From positions 205,158,001 to 205,222,000 of the forward strand of contig OX597815.1 in NCBI GenBank assembly GCA_951406725.2: 64,000 nucleotides of DNA. Reading direction: 5' to 3'. Positions 11,528 through 24,250 of the stretch are shown here, one piece after another. This DNA comes from Octopus vulgaris (Eukaryota). The notes beneath the pieces are model-generated. The model was not told where the DNA came from, ran no database searches, and saw only the letters and a list, made by a program, of their open reading frames with translations. Within the stretch, counting starts at the first letter, position 1. Each line of letters starts with the position of its first letter. The translations under genes and the position numbers were made by a program.

Positions 11528-11972
11528 TAGGCGTGGCTGTGTAGGCGCAGGCGTGGCTGTGTAGGCGCAGGCGTGGCTGTGTAAGCGCAGGCGTGGCTGT
11601 GTAGGCGCAGGCATGGCTGTGTGGTAAGAAGTTTGCTTCCCAACCACATGGTTCCATGTCCAGTCCTACTCCGTGGCACATTGGGTGTCTTCTACTATAG
11701 CCTCGGGCTGACCAAAGCTTTGTGAGTGGATTTGGTATACGGAAGCTGAAAGAAGCTCGTCGTGTGTGTATATGTGTACGTGTGACCACTTGACAACCGG
11801 TTTTGATGTGTTTTTGACTATGTAACTTAGTAATTCGGCAAAAGAGAACGATAGAATGTATACCAGGCTTAAAAGAATAAGTACTGGGGTCGATTCATTC
11901 GAGTAAAAATTCTTCGAGATGGTACCCCAGCATGGCCGCAGTCTAATGATTGAAACAAGTGAAAGATACAAA
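11528..11972 (+). mobile_element. SINE family A variant with a tandemly repeated 5' head
   Basis: AGGCGCAGGCGTGGCTGTGT occurs about 4.5 times before a normal body. Confidence 0.85.
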
Positions 11973-12344
11973 GATGTCAGGTTATGTCCGTGCGGCCCTG
12001 ATAAGCCTTCAGAAAGGGAAGGGTGCAATGGTTTTTATTACGAAGCAAAGCAGGATTATGATCTGATATACCAGCGTTTGGTAATCAGTAACAAAATTAT
12101 TCCTAAGAATCACGGATTTTGCCTCGTACTTAGGAACTCTAAAGAGCTTGTCAGTGTAAACAAAGGAATATGTAATGAATAAAGGAGTGGACATAGAAAA
12201 GATTTGTAGTATCAAATATATTCAGAATGAAACATGCCAACTGATGTTGAGAAGCAAGGATCTAATGCATGTATGGATAAATGTGCACGTGCATACACAC
12301 ACACACACACACACATACACACACGTGCGCGCGCGCGCACACAC

Positions 12345-12569
12345 ACATTGTTGTATCTCGGTAGGATCACTATATCAATAATAAACACACGCACTGTTTT
12401 TTTTCTTTCACTTTGTTTTTATATTTGTCAAATGGTTAACAAGTGGAAAATAAAGAAATGAGAAGAAAAAAAGCAGTGTGTATTGTTTATTATTGGCATA
12501 ATGACCTTCCGAGATACAACAATATATGTTTCAACACACGACTTCACATCAAGAATCTTGCAAACCAAA

Positions 12570-12570
<1 letters not shown>
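12345..12570. mobile_element. Degenerate inverted-repeat element (related sequence at ~60060-60180)
   Basis: ATTGTTGTATCTCGG...CACTG is mirrored by CAGTG...CCGAGATACAACAAT. The GTTTCAACACACGA motif recurs inverted at ~60085. Confidence 0.55.
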
Positions 12571-12632
<62 letters not shown>

Positions 12633-12822
12633 TAGATAAATGAATTTCTTAGGATAATTCAAATGATAACCATACCGTAGAAATACAACAGAAAGACAGG
12701 TTAAGTCGACCAGCATACCCTTAGTAATTTATATATATAAGTATAGGAAAGAATGGTGAACGAAGATTTAAAAAATTCTTTATTTATTTTGACATATGTT
12801 TGAAGTCTAAGAGAATAGAGTC

Positions 12823-12863
<41 letters not shown>

Positions 12864-13864
12864 TGAAAGAGAAGGTTGACAGGTACTTCTAAGTTTCGAC
12901 TTACTGGCCGTCATCGGACTGTTAGATGACGGGTGGTAACCCGATATTAATAGATATGTACTCTGCTACAAAGTTTAATGTTCAGTTGTTTTTATATGTA
13001 ATTTTACATGAAAACGGTGATACACACATTGGTAAGTAGCTACACATATGTTTAGCGGTATTGAAAGACAAAATGGAACGCCTCTGGTGAGGCAAATAAC
13101 AAAGATCCTGCACTGATACTATGTATATGGGAAAAGACATCTTAGTTATCATCCATGCAGTCCCATGTAGCTGCAAGCAGTGGTAACAGTATAAAACTGA
13201 TGAGTGTTCAGGCTGCTTCCCGGTATCAGGTCATCTTCTTTATGTGTGTGACGGGTAGCTAGCTGCAGCTGCAGGAGTAGTTGTTATTTAAATTGTTGCA
13301 GTCGTATACGACGAAAAGGGTGTAAAGAAAGACCTAGTGTTGAAAGGGGAATAGACCGAAGCAGACTTAGCCTGTGGTTAAAGTGTTGTCACCTTTGCTG
13401 TCATGTCAGTTGGATGGTAAATCGCCAACTTCTCTAAATGAACTCTCTATGTCTGCTTATATTGTGGAGGTAAGCGGGTGATTTAATGAGAAGTCGCGAA
13501 GAACCTTCGAAACCAGTTTTCCTGCCTCCATCTCAGATAACATAATAGAAATAAGATAGAAATAAGCCGAGATCCGTCATTCGCGAATCGAAAGATAAGA
13601 TTGGATCTCGGCAATATTTCTGTTCATGCCACTAGTCATCCTTGATCGAGGATACCTATTATCAAACGTCTGGCATCTGTGACCATCTAGTCTTGTTAAG
13701 AGTTATCTCGGATTATATTTAAGATGGTACCGTGTGATTTTAGTAAGATTAGTGTAGCTATTTCTAGCAGGTCGAGTGACCAGATAGATGCTCCTTTGTT
13801 GGTTTAATGAAATATAATATTGTCTAGTGTAGCATGGTAGGACAGAAGTGCTATGTGGTATAGA

Positions 13865-14150
13865 ATAATAGATTCATCCTCCTTAAGTTGTTTGACGATG
13901 GCCCACATCGACCGGCTGGAGTTGTCATCAATGATGTCTTGAATCTACTGGACGATTTTGACCATCCTGATGATGTCTGGCCGCTGAGAATGATTTCTTT
14001 TTCTTAGCCAAGAATGATATCTCTCCGTCATATGCCTCTAAGTGTTTTCCAATCCTGAGCACAATGTACCCTATCACTTGCAAGAAGGTAGCGATCCCCA
14101 AGCCGCTGTGATTGACAGCTGGAACCACGAGATGACGGCGGGCCTATTCA
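13865..14150 (-). pseudogene. Tc1/IS630-family transposase N-terminal (HTH) remnant
   Basis: The minus strand reads ..HSGLGIATFLQV..KHLEAYDGEISFLAKK / HSQRPDIIR..IQDIIDDNSSRSMWAIVKQL, with a frameshift and a stop. It resembles Tc1-like DNA-binding regions. Confidence 0.65.
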
Positions 14151-14474
14151 TTTACTGTATCATTCTGGGATCTACTATGTCGATATTGTTAAAGTGACTG
14201 AAATAGATATGAGAAGGTTAAAAATTAGGCACGACTACATAGCATTGCGTTATGTTCTATTCTATGGCCTACTCAAGTTTGTTTACAGATAATGTATATG
14301 ATATGATATCATATAAGATACAGTCTAATATAGCATAATAATAATCTATATGTATATGTGTGCACGTGCATGTATGTTCACACACAAATACACGCTTAAA
14401 TATGGATACATAGCTCCCATCTAAATGTATGTAAATAAGTTTCTTATTTGGGTTAAATATTTAATACTGTTTAT

Positions 14475-14720
14475 GTGGAGGCGCGTGGCTTAGTGGTTAG
14501 GGCGTCAGCATCATGATCGTAAGATTGTGGTTTCGATTCCTGGACCGGACGACGCGTTGTGTTCTTGAGCGAAACACTTCATTTCACATTGCTCCAGTCC
14601 ACTCAGCTGGCGAAAATGAGTAATGCTACGATGGACTGGCGCCCCGTCCAGCTGGGGAGCGCATACGCCATAGAAACCAGAAACCAGGCCCATGAGCCTG
14701 TCTAGGCTTTAAAAAGGACG
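14475..14720 (+). mobile_element. SINE family D (tRNA-Arg-like head, CORE-like body; possibly the octopus OR-type)
   Basis: GTGGAGGCGCGTGGCTTAGTGGTTAGGG...GTTTCGATTCC A/B boxes. A second copy lies at 35404. Confidence 0.8.
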
Positions 14721-14825
14721 CATTTATATTTATTTAATACTGTGTAGTGTAAAAAAATCACTTTAAGACATTTGCTGCTAATTGTGTGTGTGTGTGTGAA
14801 TATGCGTTTTATATTTTTTAGATTT

Positions 14826-15234
14826 GAGCTGGCAGAATCGTTAGCACGCCGGGCGAAATGCTCAGCGGTATTTCGTCTGCCGTTACGTTCTGAGTTCAAA
14901 TTCCGCCGAGGTCGAGTTTGCCTTTCATCCTTTCGGGGTCGATAAATTAAGCACCAGTTACGCACTGGGGTCGATGTAATCGACTTAATACCTATGTCTG
15001 TCCTTGTTTGTCTCCTCTGTGTTTAGCCCCTTGTGGGTAGTAAAGAAATAGGTATTTCGTCTCCCGTTACGTTCTGAGCTCAAATTCCGCCGAGGTCGAC
15101 TTTGCCTTTCATCCTTTCGAGGTCGATAAATTAAGTACCAGTTACGCTCTGGGGTCGATGTAATCGACTTAATATCTTTGTCTGTCCTTGTTTGTCCCCT
15201 CTTTGTTTAGCCCCTTGTGGGCAATAAAGAAATA
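14826..15234 (+). mobile_element. SINE family B dimer, apparently nested in the head of an older B variant
   Basis: AGAATCGTTAGC occurs at both 14834 and 15235. Confidence 0.88.
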
Positions 15235-15679
15235 AGAATCGTTAGCGCGACGGACAAAATGCTTCGTGCATTTCTTCTGGTTTTACGTCCTGAATTCAAC
15301 TGTCGCCGAGGTCGTCGACCTTACCTTTCATCCCTTCAGGATCAAAGAAATAAGTACCAATTGAACACTGGGACCAATGTAATCGATTTGTCCCCTCTTC
15401 AAAATTTCAGAATATTATTATTACTATTGTAGTTATTGTTGTTGAAGGCTGCGAGCTTGGCAGAATCGTTAGCATGCCGAGCAAAATACTTAGCGGCATT
15501 TCGTTCATCTCTATATTCTGAGTTCATATTACGCCGAGGCCCACGTTCTCTTTTGTCCTTCCGGTGTCGATAAAAAAAGTACCAGTTGTACACTTGGGTC
15601 GGCTTACCCACTTCTCCGAAAATGGCTGGCCTTGTGTCAAAATTTGAAATATATTTAGGCATATTGTTGTTGCTGTTGT

Positions 15680-16065
15680 GTGGAGACGCAATGGCCCAGT
15701 GGTTAGGGCAGCGGACTCGCGGTCATAGGATCGCGGTTTCGGTTCCCAGACCGGGCGTTGTGAGTATTTATTGAGCGAAAACACCTAAAAGTTCCATGAG
15801 GTTCCGGCAGGGGATGGTGGTGATCCCTGCTGTACTCTTTCACCACAACTTTCTCTCACTCTTACTTCCTGTTTCTGTTGTACCTGTATTTCAAGGGGCC
15901 GGCCTTATCACTCTCTGTGTCACGCTGAATATCCCCGAGAACTACGTTAAGGGTACACGTGTCTGTGGAGTGCTCAGCCACTTACACGTTAATTTTACGA
16001 GCAGGCTGTTCCGTTGATTCGGATCAACCGGAACCCTCGTCGTCGTAACCGACGGAGTGCTTCCA
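15680..16065 (+). mobile_element. SINE family C, full length (tRNA-Arg-like head; possibly the octopus OR-type)
   Basis: TGGCCCAGTGGTTAGGGCAGCGGACTCGCGG head. TSD TGTTGCTGTTGT. Near-identical copies at 18184 and 34999. Confidence 0.9.
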
Positions 16066-16311
16066 TGTTGCTGTTGTAATTTTTTGTCCTTTTTTTTTGT
16101 TTTTCAGAACCACTGTAATTCGTCCGACATCACACACGATGACCAATTTAACATAATCGGGGATAGGTTACAACAATTAAAGAGACTGTTACCGTTACTA
16201 CATTTTCACAGTTTGGTGAGTTATTTTCCATATTTATTTTTTGTTTTGTTTTGTGCGCGCGCGTGCGTGCGTGTGTCTATCTTATGTTTGATGGATGACA
16301 TGAAGTTGTTG

Positions 16312-16343
<32 letters not shown>

Positions 16344-16663
16344 GGTGGTGATGGTTCCAAATCGGCACTGACAGAACAATATCTCGTATAAGCAAAAGTA
16401 CCCCAGATGTTTCTTACTTTTGAGAACGTCGGCAAAGCATGGTTATTGCAAAGTTGCCTTTTTCTGGATTCTGTTGCACACATTGACCGGTTTCTCAGCA
16501 ATTCACATTCTAATGTACTTAAACTTGAATCATGGAAATATAGTTTCTCTCAAAACCACCAGAGTACATAGTACAGTAATTACACACACCAAGGAAACAA
16601 TTTTACAACACTATACTTTTCCGATGCACAATCACACGACTGAAGTTTGCTGTGTGTTGTGTG

Positions 16664-16712
<49 letters not shown>

Positions 16713-16775
16713 TTTGATACTTTGATAGGTTTCGGCCATTATTGACCCAGGTCATGTCTAACTTAATAGCACCCC

Positions 16776-16837
<62 letters not shown>

Positions 16838-16840
<3 letters not shown>

Positions 16841-17230
16841 AAATACAAAAAATGGGACAAGAACGCAAAACATCTAGACAGCTAGATGATATAAAAAAGG
16901 GACAACAAAACATCCAGACAGATGATACAAAAGAGGGACAAGAAAAAATACGGACCTGTCATTCGAAGTTTTCTTTCTTCAGTCGAGTTCCAGATTATCT
17001 TTGCAATTTCGGTTGGTTATACTCGAGATTGCTCCATTCTGGCCATACCCAAGGAAAAGCTAAGCTAAGAGTATTAGATTCCTTGGAAGAAAGCAGCGAA
17101 TGTATACGAAAACAAGAACGAAAAAAACGGAGAAATGGTACACAAATACAAATGCAAATAACAGGAGATTAACAACAGGTGTCTTTCGACTAAGGACGAA
17201 TTAAATTAAGCTGGCGTGTGTGGAAGTGAA
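16838..17230 (-). mobile_element. Probable Penelope-like terminal fragment next to (TA)n
   Basis: Short internal direct repeats (AAAACATC.AGACAG..GATGATA.AAAA.AGGGACAA) and a CTGAAGA..CGAA hammerhead-like motif on the minus strand. The family call is an inference. Confidence 0.35.
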
Positions 17231-17269
17231 ACCTAGTATCCTAATCTCGAATGATCTTTCACGGAGACT

Positions 17270-17565
17270 ACACAACTATAAAAGTACCAAATCAACATAT
17301 CCAAAGCTAGACATCTTCCTCGGTGCTAGAAGGTACTTTAGTCCTGATCAGCTACTGAATCTCTTCAATAATAATCACGAATCACGCCTCTGGTGTGGTG
17401 CTGTAGTTTCATGTACGCACACCTAAGATTGCTTCTCTTTAAAAAATATACAGAAGAAAGAAAATGTAAAAAAACAAGGACCATATCCATCTCATTGGTT
17501 AAGACTGCCTTCACCGACAACTTATAACAACTTGTTTACTGTCTGACTCTTCTATCGCTCCCCCA
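17270..17565 (+). pseudogene. Degenerate LINE (CR1/Jockey-like) ORF2 C-terminal remnant
   Basis: KLDIFLGARRYFSPDQLLNLF...LWCGA resembles the post-RT region of these LINEs. It is frameshifted. Confidence 0.45.
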
Positions 17566-17667
17566 ACGGCTTTACTCTACTCACTCTGAACAGGCAAGTT
17601 GAATGTTATCTCCATCCAACCCCAACCTAACATCATTTCTCCCAATATCTCACCTACTAAAATCTTG

Positions 17668-18034
17668 ACCACATGGTTCCGGGTTCAGTCCCACTGCGTG
17701 GCATCTTGGGCAAGTGTCTTCTGCTAAAGCCCCGGGCCGACCAATGCCTTGTGAGTGGATTTAGTAGACGGAAACTGAAAGAAGCCTGTCGTATATATGT
17801 ATATATATATAAGTGTGTGTGTCTGTGTCTGTGTTTGTCCCCCTAGCATTGCTTGACAACCGATGCTGGTGTGTTTACGTCCCCATAACTTAGCGGTTCG
17901 GCAAAAGAGAGACCGATAGAATAAGTACTGGGCTTACAAAGAATAAGTCCCGGGGTCGAATTGCTCGACTAAAGGCGGTGCTCCAGCATGGTCGCAGTCA
18001 AATGACTGAAACAAATAAAAGAATAAAAGAATAA
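17668..18034 (+). mobile_element. SINE family A, 5'-truncated
   Basis: Matches family A from the B box to the tail. Confidence 0.88.
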
Positions 18035-18183
18035 ACCCTTTACCCAATCTTTCTACTCCAGAATGTATTCACCTGAAATTCCTCCAAGTAAATAAAAAGT
18101 ATGCTCAAATTATTGTTGAGCATACAAATATAGTTGAGAATACGGTTTGGTTTTGTCACTAAATCAACTGATCACAGTATGGA

Positions 18184-18567
18184 TGGAAGCACTCCGTCGG
18201 TTCCGACGACGAGGGTTCCGGTTGATCCGAATCAACGGAACAGCCTGCTCGTGAAATTAACGTGTAAGTGGCTGAGCACTCCACAGACACGTGCACCCTT
18301 AACGTAGTTCTCGGGGATATTCAGCGTGACACAGAGTGACAAGGCCGGCCCTTTGAAATACAGGTACAACAGAAACAGGAAGTAAGAGTGAGAGAAAGTT
18401 GTGGTGAAAGAGTACAGCAGGGATCACCACCATCCCCTGCCGGAGCCTCGTGGAGCTTTTAGGTGTTTTCGCTCAATAAACACTCACAACGCCCGGTCTG
18501 GGAATCAAAACCGCGATCCTACGACCGCGAGTCCGCTGCCCTAACCTCTGGGCCATTGCGCCTCCAC
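18184..18567 (-). mobile_element. SINE family C, full length
   Basis: Reverse complement of 15680-16065. TSD GATCACAGTAT. Confidence 0.9.
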
Positions 18568-18979
18568 GATCACAGTATAATGAAACCGTATAAAGAAATC
18601 TGAAGATAACTTCATTTAGTTTCTCCAAACCATCACTCAGCTAGTGATAATTGCAGATTATAATTCAACTGTTTAAACATTGAAACAGTTTGAATCAACG
18701 AAAACTTGTCCATGTACTAGTTAGTCTATGATTAAGGTTGTTTTTTTATTGGCTTCTAATTTTGGCACAAGGCCAATAATTCCTGGGGAGTAGGTAAGTC
18801 CATTACATCAATCAGCAGTACCCAACTGGTACTTATTTTATCGACCCCGAAAGAATAAAAAGGTAAAGTCGTCCCCGGCAGAATTCGAACTCAGAACGTA
18901 AAGAATAACGCTAAGGATTTTACCCGGCGTGATAACAATTCTGCTAGTTTGCCTCCTTAGTTACCAACTATAATATTAA

Positions 18980-19585
18980 CGAGCAAAACCAATGGACGAT
19001 GCTGAGTTGTCAAACATTTAAACCAAATTTTCTCAAAACAACTTGTCCGACCGTCCCATAGGCCTCCCCTTCAAGAAACACTGATTTAACCTAAATTTGA
19101 GACACCAAAAGAAGAAATAAAGATAGACTTTTTTTCTATTCCAAGAAAAACGATTTTACAAATGCACGTTCCCATTGCTTTATCGATCGCATTCTCACCT
19201 GGAATCGATTTTGGTCATTTTTTCAAGACTTATACACGCCCTGATACCGTCGGTATCTACATATCAATAAGGCGGCGAGCTGGCAAAAACGTAAGCACCT
19301 CAGGCGAAATGCGTAGCCGTATTTCGTCTCCCGTTACGTTCAGAGTTCAAATTCCGCTGAGGTCGACTTTCGGGGTCGATAAATTAAGTACCAGTTACGC
19401 ACTGGGGTCGATGCAATCGACTTAATCCGTTTGTCAGTCCTTGTTTGTCCCCTGTGTGTTTAGCTCCTTGTGGGTAGTAAAGAAATAGGTATGTACATAT
19501 CAAATTTGAGCGCAATCGGATGGAGGATGCCCGAGATCTTAGAAGACACACACACACACAGACGGAACGGATTTTATATAATAGA
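18980..19585 (-). mobile_element. Probable older non-autonomous Helitron (third 5' type) containing a SINE B
   Basis: Minus strand starts A|TCTATTATATAAAATCCG, a Helitron-like 5' end. The 3' end is degenerate. Confidence 0.45.
19269..19487 (+). mobile_element. SINE family B monomer
   Basis: TSD GGTAT(C/G)TACATATCAA at 19252-19267 and 19488-19503. Confidence 0.9.
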
Positions 19586-19959
19586 TTATAATTTCTACTA
19601 GGGCAGTGGATAGGCTATTACAAGTACATGTTTTCAAAAAGTGTGTATATGTGGTGGTGGTGTATGTTTGTGTGTGGAGGGGGAGGGTTACACAGAAACC
19701 GAGTGAATGGAAAGTGACAGCATACACTGTATGCATGTAAATGATAAAGTTCCGGGAGGAGAACTTCCACCTAGAGCCCATATATTGGAACCCTGCAGAT
19801 CCAGGATTACTTTAGAGTAGCAAGAGCATGTAGCCTCAAACACGATTAAATTTCACTGACAGAATTCAACAGATGGCAAGATTGGTTATCACTGAGCGCG
19901 CTATCAAATATTAAGTATATTACTTACAGTATCATGTGCATATTTGAAAAAAAATAACC

Positions 19960-20105
19960 GTGGTAAGTAGCTTGCTAACCAACCACATGGTTCCGGGTTC
20001 AGTCCCACTGCGTGGCATCTTGGGCAAGTGTCTTCTGCTATAGCCCCGGGCCGACCAATGCCTTGTGAGTGGATTTGGTAGACAGAAACTGAACGAAGCC
20101 TGTCG

Positions 20106-20148
<43 letters not shown>

Positions 20149-20341
20149 GTGTTTGTGTGTCTGTCCCCCTAGCATTGCTGGTGTGTTTACGTCCCCGTCA
20201 CTTAGCGGTTCGGCAAAAGAGACCGATAGAATAAGTACTGGGCTTACAAAGAATAAGTCCCGGGGTCGATTTGGTCGACTAAAGGCGGTGCTCCAGCATG
20301 GCCGCAGTCAAATGACTGAAACAAGTAAAAGAGTAAAAGAG
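19960..20341 (+). mobile_element. SINE family A
   Basis: Matches the family A consensus. Confidence 0.88.
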
Positions 20342-20707
20342 ATTACGAGCATGCATGTATAGAAATTATACACACTAGCATTACCATATGCGCCTAATAG
20401 ACACACACATACGTATACATACAGTAGTTAAATTACATATGGATGCCTGTGTATTTATGTATATTATTGAGATATATTGATACATTATGCGCCGGAAAGG
20501 AAATGTTTGTACATTTGTGGAACTGTTCATGTACAAATATTCTTCCGAATAAAGCCATGTGTATTTATTGAACAGATTTCAGCCATCCTGCTGTGACCCT
20601 GTTGAGTTTGCTTCTGTTTGTGTCTCCGTGTGCGCGCGAGTGTATATGTACGTGTGTGTGTGTGTGTGTGTGTGTACGTGCATGTCTGTGTGTGTACTTG
20701 AGCGTGT

Positions 20708-20755
<48 letters not shown>

Positions 20756-21436
20756 ACATTTTATCAGTTTAAACATATGTACTCACGTACATCCGTTCAG
20801 TCAACCATCCATGTATACAAAACACAAATACATATATAACCGAATGCAAAGAATTAGACACACATACAGCTTGTGTTTTAAGTACATACTTATCCCACAT
20901 ATACACCAACCCACAAAGTTGTTTAATTGTTAGTAAGGAACAGAAGTGAAATGGCAACGTGGTCCCTGGCAAATTAGATAATCTACAATATTATGTTTCA
21001 TGCTCCAAACGAAGAAATGTACTTTGATTGTAAACGCACCGAATACAAGCGACAGAGAGGAGATTCAAGTGGACGCTCATGGTGCTAGAAATAACAGCGA
21101 AATTTCCTTCAAATCATATACACATACCCACTATCTTAGAAAAGATTTCGTTAGATAACGAAGAAATCTGTGCTATGCACAAAGGAATAGATGAAATATC
21201 CACAGCTGAGGTCTGCTCGATAAGGGGCTGGCCTGCAATTAAACAATGACTATTGTTCTGGGTTTGTCCCGGATTTAAACTAGGTGTGATCGAAGAAGAA
21301 GACCTATAATCATATTTAGGGTTCTACTTGAGGGTGTTTTGGCTGATATTTTTAGCAGATCGATCGATAGACCATGTAGAAGGTACTCCTTCGCTGGCAT
21401 GACCAACAAACAAACAAACATTGCAATTTAAAGATA

Positions 21437-21858
21437 GGATTTTTTCGGTTTGACCGGCAGTTTTTTAAAAATAATTTCTACGTAACTAAACACTTTTAAA
21501 CTTCGTATACTGGTAGAATGTGTTTATAAAACATCTTTTTCTCTTGGCTTTATTGAGAAAATTCTATAGTTTGTAAGATATTTGTTGTTTCTTTTTCTGC
21601 AATTTCAACCAATCAATGACGTCTATTGAGGTGAAAACATTCTGTGCCGTATGAATATGTCCCTCGTTTAAGAAACAGATTGGGTTTATTTACATTTTTG
21701 AAGAAAAAAAAGATACCCTTTCCCCCCACCCCTAACCCCAACTAACCCTAACCCTAAAACAGATTGAAATGCAATAGATCGATACTAGGGTCATAATTAT
21801 GGGTGACAATTTCATATGACACCGCTAGAAAAAACTGCCGTTCAAACCGAAAAGATCC
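21437..21858. mobile_element. MITE with GG-terminal TIRs (Merlin- or Mutator-like) and internal CCCTAA motifs
   Basis: TIRs GGAT.TTTTCGGTTTGA.CGGCAGTTTTTT and AAAAAACTGCCGTTCAAACCGAAAAGATCC. Imperfect 9-bp flanks TTAAAGATA / TTAAAAACA. Confidence 0.75.
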
Positions 21859-21985
21859 TTAAAAACACCACTTTTCTTTATCAGCGAATAATTATCATAC
21901 AAGTCAAAGTAACTACTGCAATTTCTGGGCGTCGGCGTTAATATACATCATCATCATCATCATCATCATTACCACCACCACCGCC

Positions 21986-22017
<32 letters not shown>

Positions 22018-22825
22018 CCATCTTTATCATCACTGCCACCCCCACCGTCGTCATCATCATCATCCTTTAAACTCTCAATTTTTTGTGCTTTCATGTATGC
22101 ATTTTGGCACAAGGTCAATAATTCCTGGGGAGTAGGTAAGTCCATTACATCAATCACCAGTACCCAACTGGTACTTATTTTATCGACCCCGAAAGAATAA
22201 AAAGGTAAAGTCGTCCCCGGCAGAATTTGAACTCAGAACGTAAAGAATAACGCTAAGCATTTTACACGGCGTGATAACAATTCTGCTAGTTCGCCTTCTT
22301 AGTTACCAGCTATAATAATTAGTTGAAGGTAGATTTCTACGACTGGTTATTCTTCCTATCGCCAACCCTCACCTATTCCCGACTTCCCTTGGAAGCTAAT
22401 ATTTCCTCGTGGCTGGACAATGTTTTTCGCGGAAGACTGGAAACGAATGGCGCTGTCTGTATGATAGCTATACTCGTTTACAACTATCGCGCAATGTTAA
22501 GACAAGAAGATACTAACACTCACGATGAAATGGCCACGGCTGGAATAACTTTGATCATAGGTCTGTTCGATCAAGACTGACCTGCAGCCCCAAGTTAATC
22601 CTGATCCAGTTGACCCATGATCGGAGGCTTTCCAACAATGTCTATCCCGCCACCTTTAATGATGTAGAATATCTAGCACTACACTATCTGTGTTCTGACT
22701 TTTGTCCAAGATAGATATGATAGAAGTCATTTAAGGGAGATTAAGCTGCTATTTCCAGCAGGTAGAGGTTTCCTGAATGGCTCGCCTGGTTGTGATTCTG
22801 TTCTTTCTTGTAATAAAATGCCTTA

Positions 22826-23212
22826 TCTTTTATCTTTTACTTGTTTCAGTCATTTGACTGCGGCCATGCTGGAGCACCGCCTTGAAAAGGTTTAGTTGGA
22901 CAAATCGCCCCCAGTACATTTTTAAAAGTCTGGTACTTAATCTATCGGTGCCTTGTTGTCGAACCGCTGAGTTACGGGGACGTAAACAAACCGACACTGG
23001 TTATCAAGCGGTGGTCGAGCACGGACATAAACGCAAACCCGTATACAATAAACTTCTTTTCCATCTACCAAATCAGTTTCCATCTACCAGATCCACTCAC
23101 AAGGCTTTAGTTGGTCTGGGGCTATAGTAGAAGACACATACCCAAGGTGCTGTGCAATGGGTTTGATCCTAGAACCATGAGGTTGGGGAGCAAACTTCCC
23201 GCCATACAGTTA
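22826..23212 (-). mobile_element. SINE family A, degenerate (others at 24774-25395, 29262-29480, 29800-29900, 37540-38222, 44398-44559, 59740-60000, 61925-62030)
   Basis: Shared motifs TTTCAGTCATTTGACTGCGGCCATGCTGG and CCAAATCCACTCACAAGGC. Confidence 0.8.
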
Positions 23213-23472
23213 CACTTACTCCTCCATACGAACCACACTTGCGCTCATTTTTATGTCTATTTTCTTGTGGTTCTGATTCTCAGAAGTCGCTCTTTTCTCA
23301 TCCTTATAAAATACCCTCTAATACCCTCCACGCAGCTATCGGGTATATTCACACGAAGTAGGTTATCCTTTAGTAAATTATTCCCGGAATCTGTTGTTAC
23401 TTCGCGAATTCCTCACCTCTTCGCCAGAAGACATTATCAGCGAAACAGAGTGACAGAAAAGTTAGATTCGAG

Positions 23473-23504
<32 letters not shown>

Positions 23505-24250
23505 GGTGGTGGTGATGGTGGTGGTGGTGGTGATGGTGGTGGTAGTGGTGGTGGTGGTGGTGGTGGTGGTGGTGGTGGTGGTGGTGGTGGTGGTGGTGGT
23601 GGTGGTGGTGGTGGTGGTGGTGGTGGTGGTGGTGATGGTGGTGGTAGTGGTGGTGGTGGTGGTGGTGGTGGTAGCAGTGGTGGTGGTGGTAGTGGTGGTG
23701 GTAGCAGTGGTGGTGGTGGTAGTGGTGGTGGTGGTAGTGGTAGTGGTGGTGGTGGTGATGGTGGTAGTGGTGGTGGTGGTGGTAGTGGTAGCAGTGGTGG
23801 TAGTGGTGGTGGTAGTGGTGGTAGTGGTAGTGGTGGTGGTAGCAGTGGTGGTGGTGGTAGTGGTGGTGGTGGTGGGGGTAGTAGTGGTGGTGGTGGTGGT
23901 AGTGGTGGTGGTAGTGGTAGCAGTGGTGGTAGTGGTGGTGGTGGTGGTGGTAGTAGTGGTGGTGGTGGTGGTGGTGGTGGTAGTGGTGGTGGTGGTAGTA
24001 GTGGTGGTGGTGGTGGTAGCAGTGGTGGTAGTGGTGGTGGTGGTAGTAGTGGTGGTGGTAGCAGTGGTGGTAGTGGTGGTGGTGGTGGTGGTAGCAGTGG
24101 TGGTGGTGGTAGTGGTGGTGGTGGTAGTAGTGGTGGGGGTAGTAGTGGTGGTGGTGGTGGTAGTTGTGGTGGTGGTGGTGGTGGTAGTAGTAGTGGTTGT
24201 AGTAGTGGTGGTGGTGGTGGTGGTGTCGTCGTTGCTGTTGTTGTTGCTGT
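23473..24250. repeat. Long imperfect (GTG/GTA)n trinucleotide array, ~780 bp
   Basis: Directly visible; it produces the spurious poly-Val ORF. Confidence 0.95.

Noticed and set aside
12930-13560. Possible decayed Penelope GIY-YIG/RT coding remnant on the minus strand
   Set aside because: It is too degenerate to read diagnostic motifs by eye and needs a tBLASTx or HMM search.
15680-15760. tRNA-like sequences at the heads of SINE families A-D
   Set aside because: A/B boxes are present but no convincing cloverleaf, and each continues into a SINE body with a TSD.
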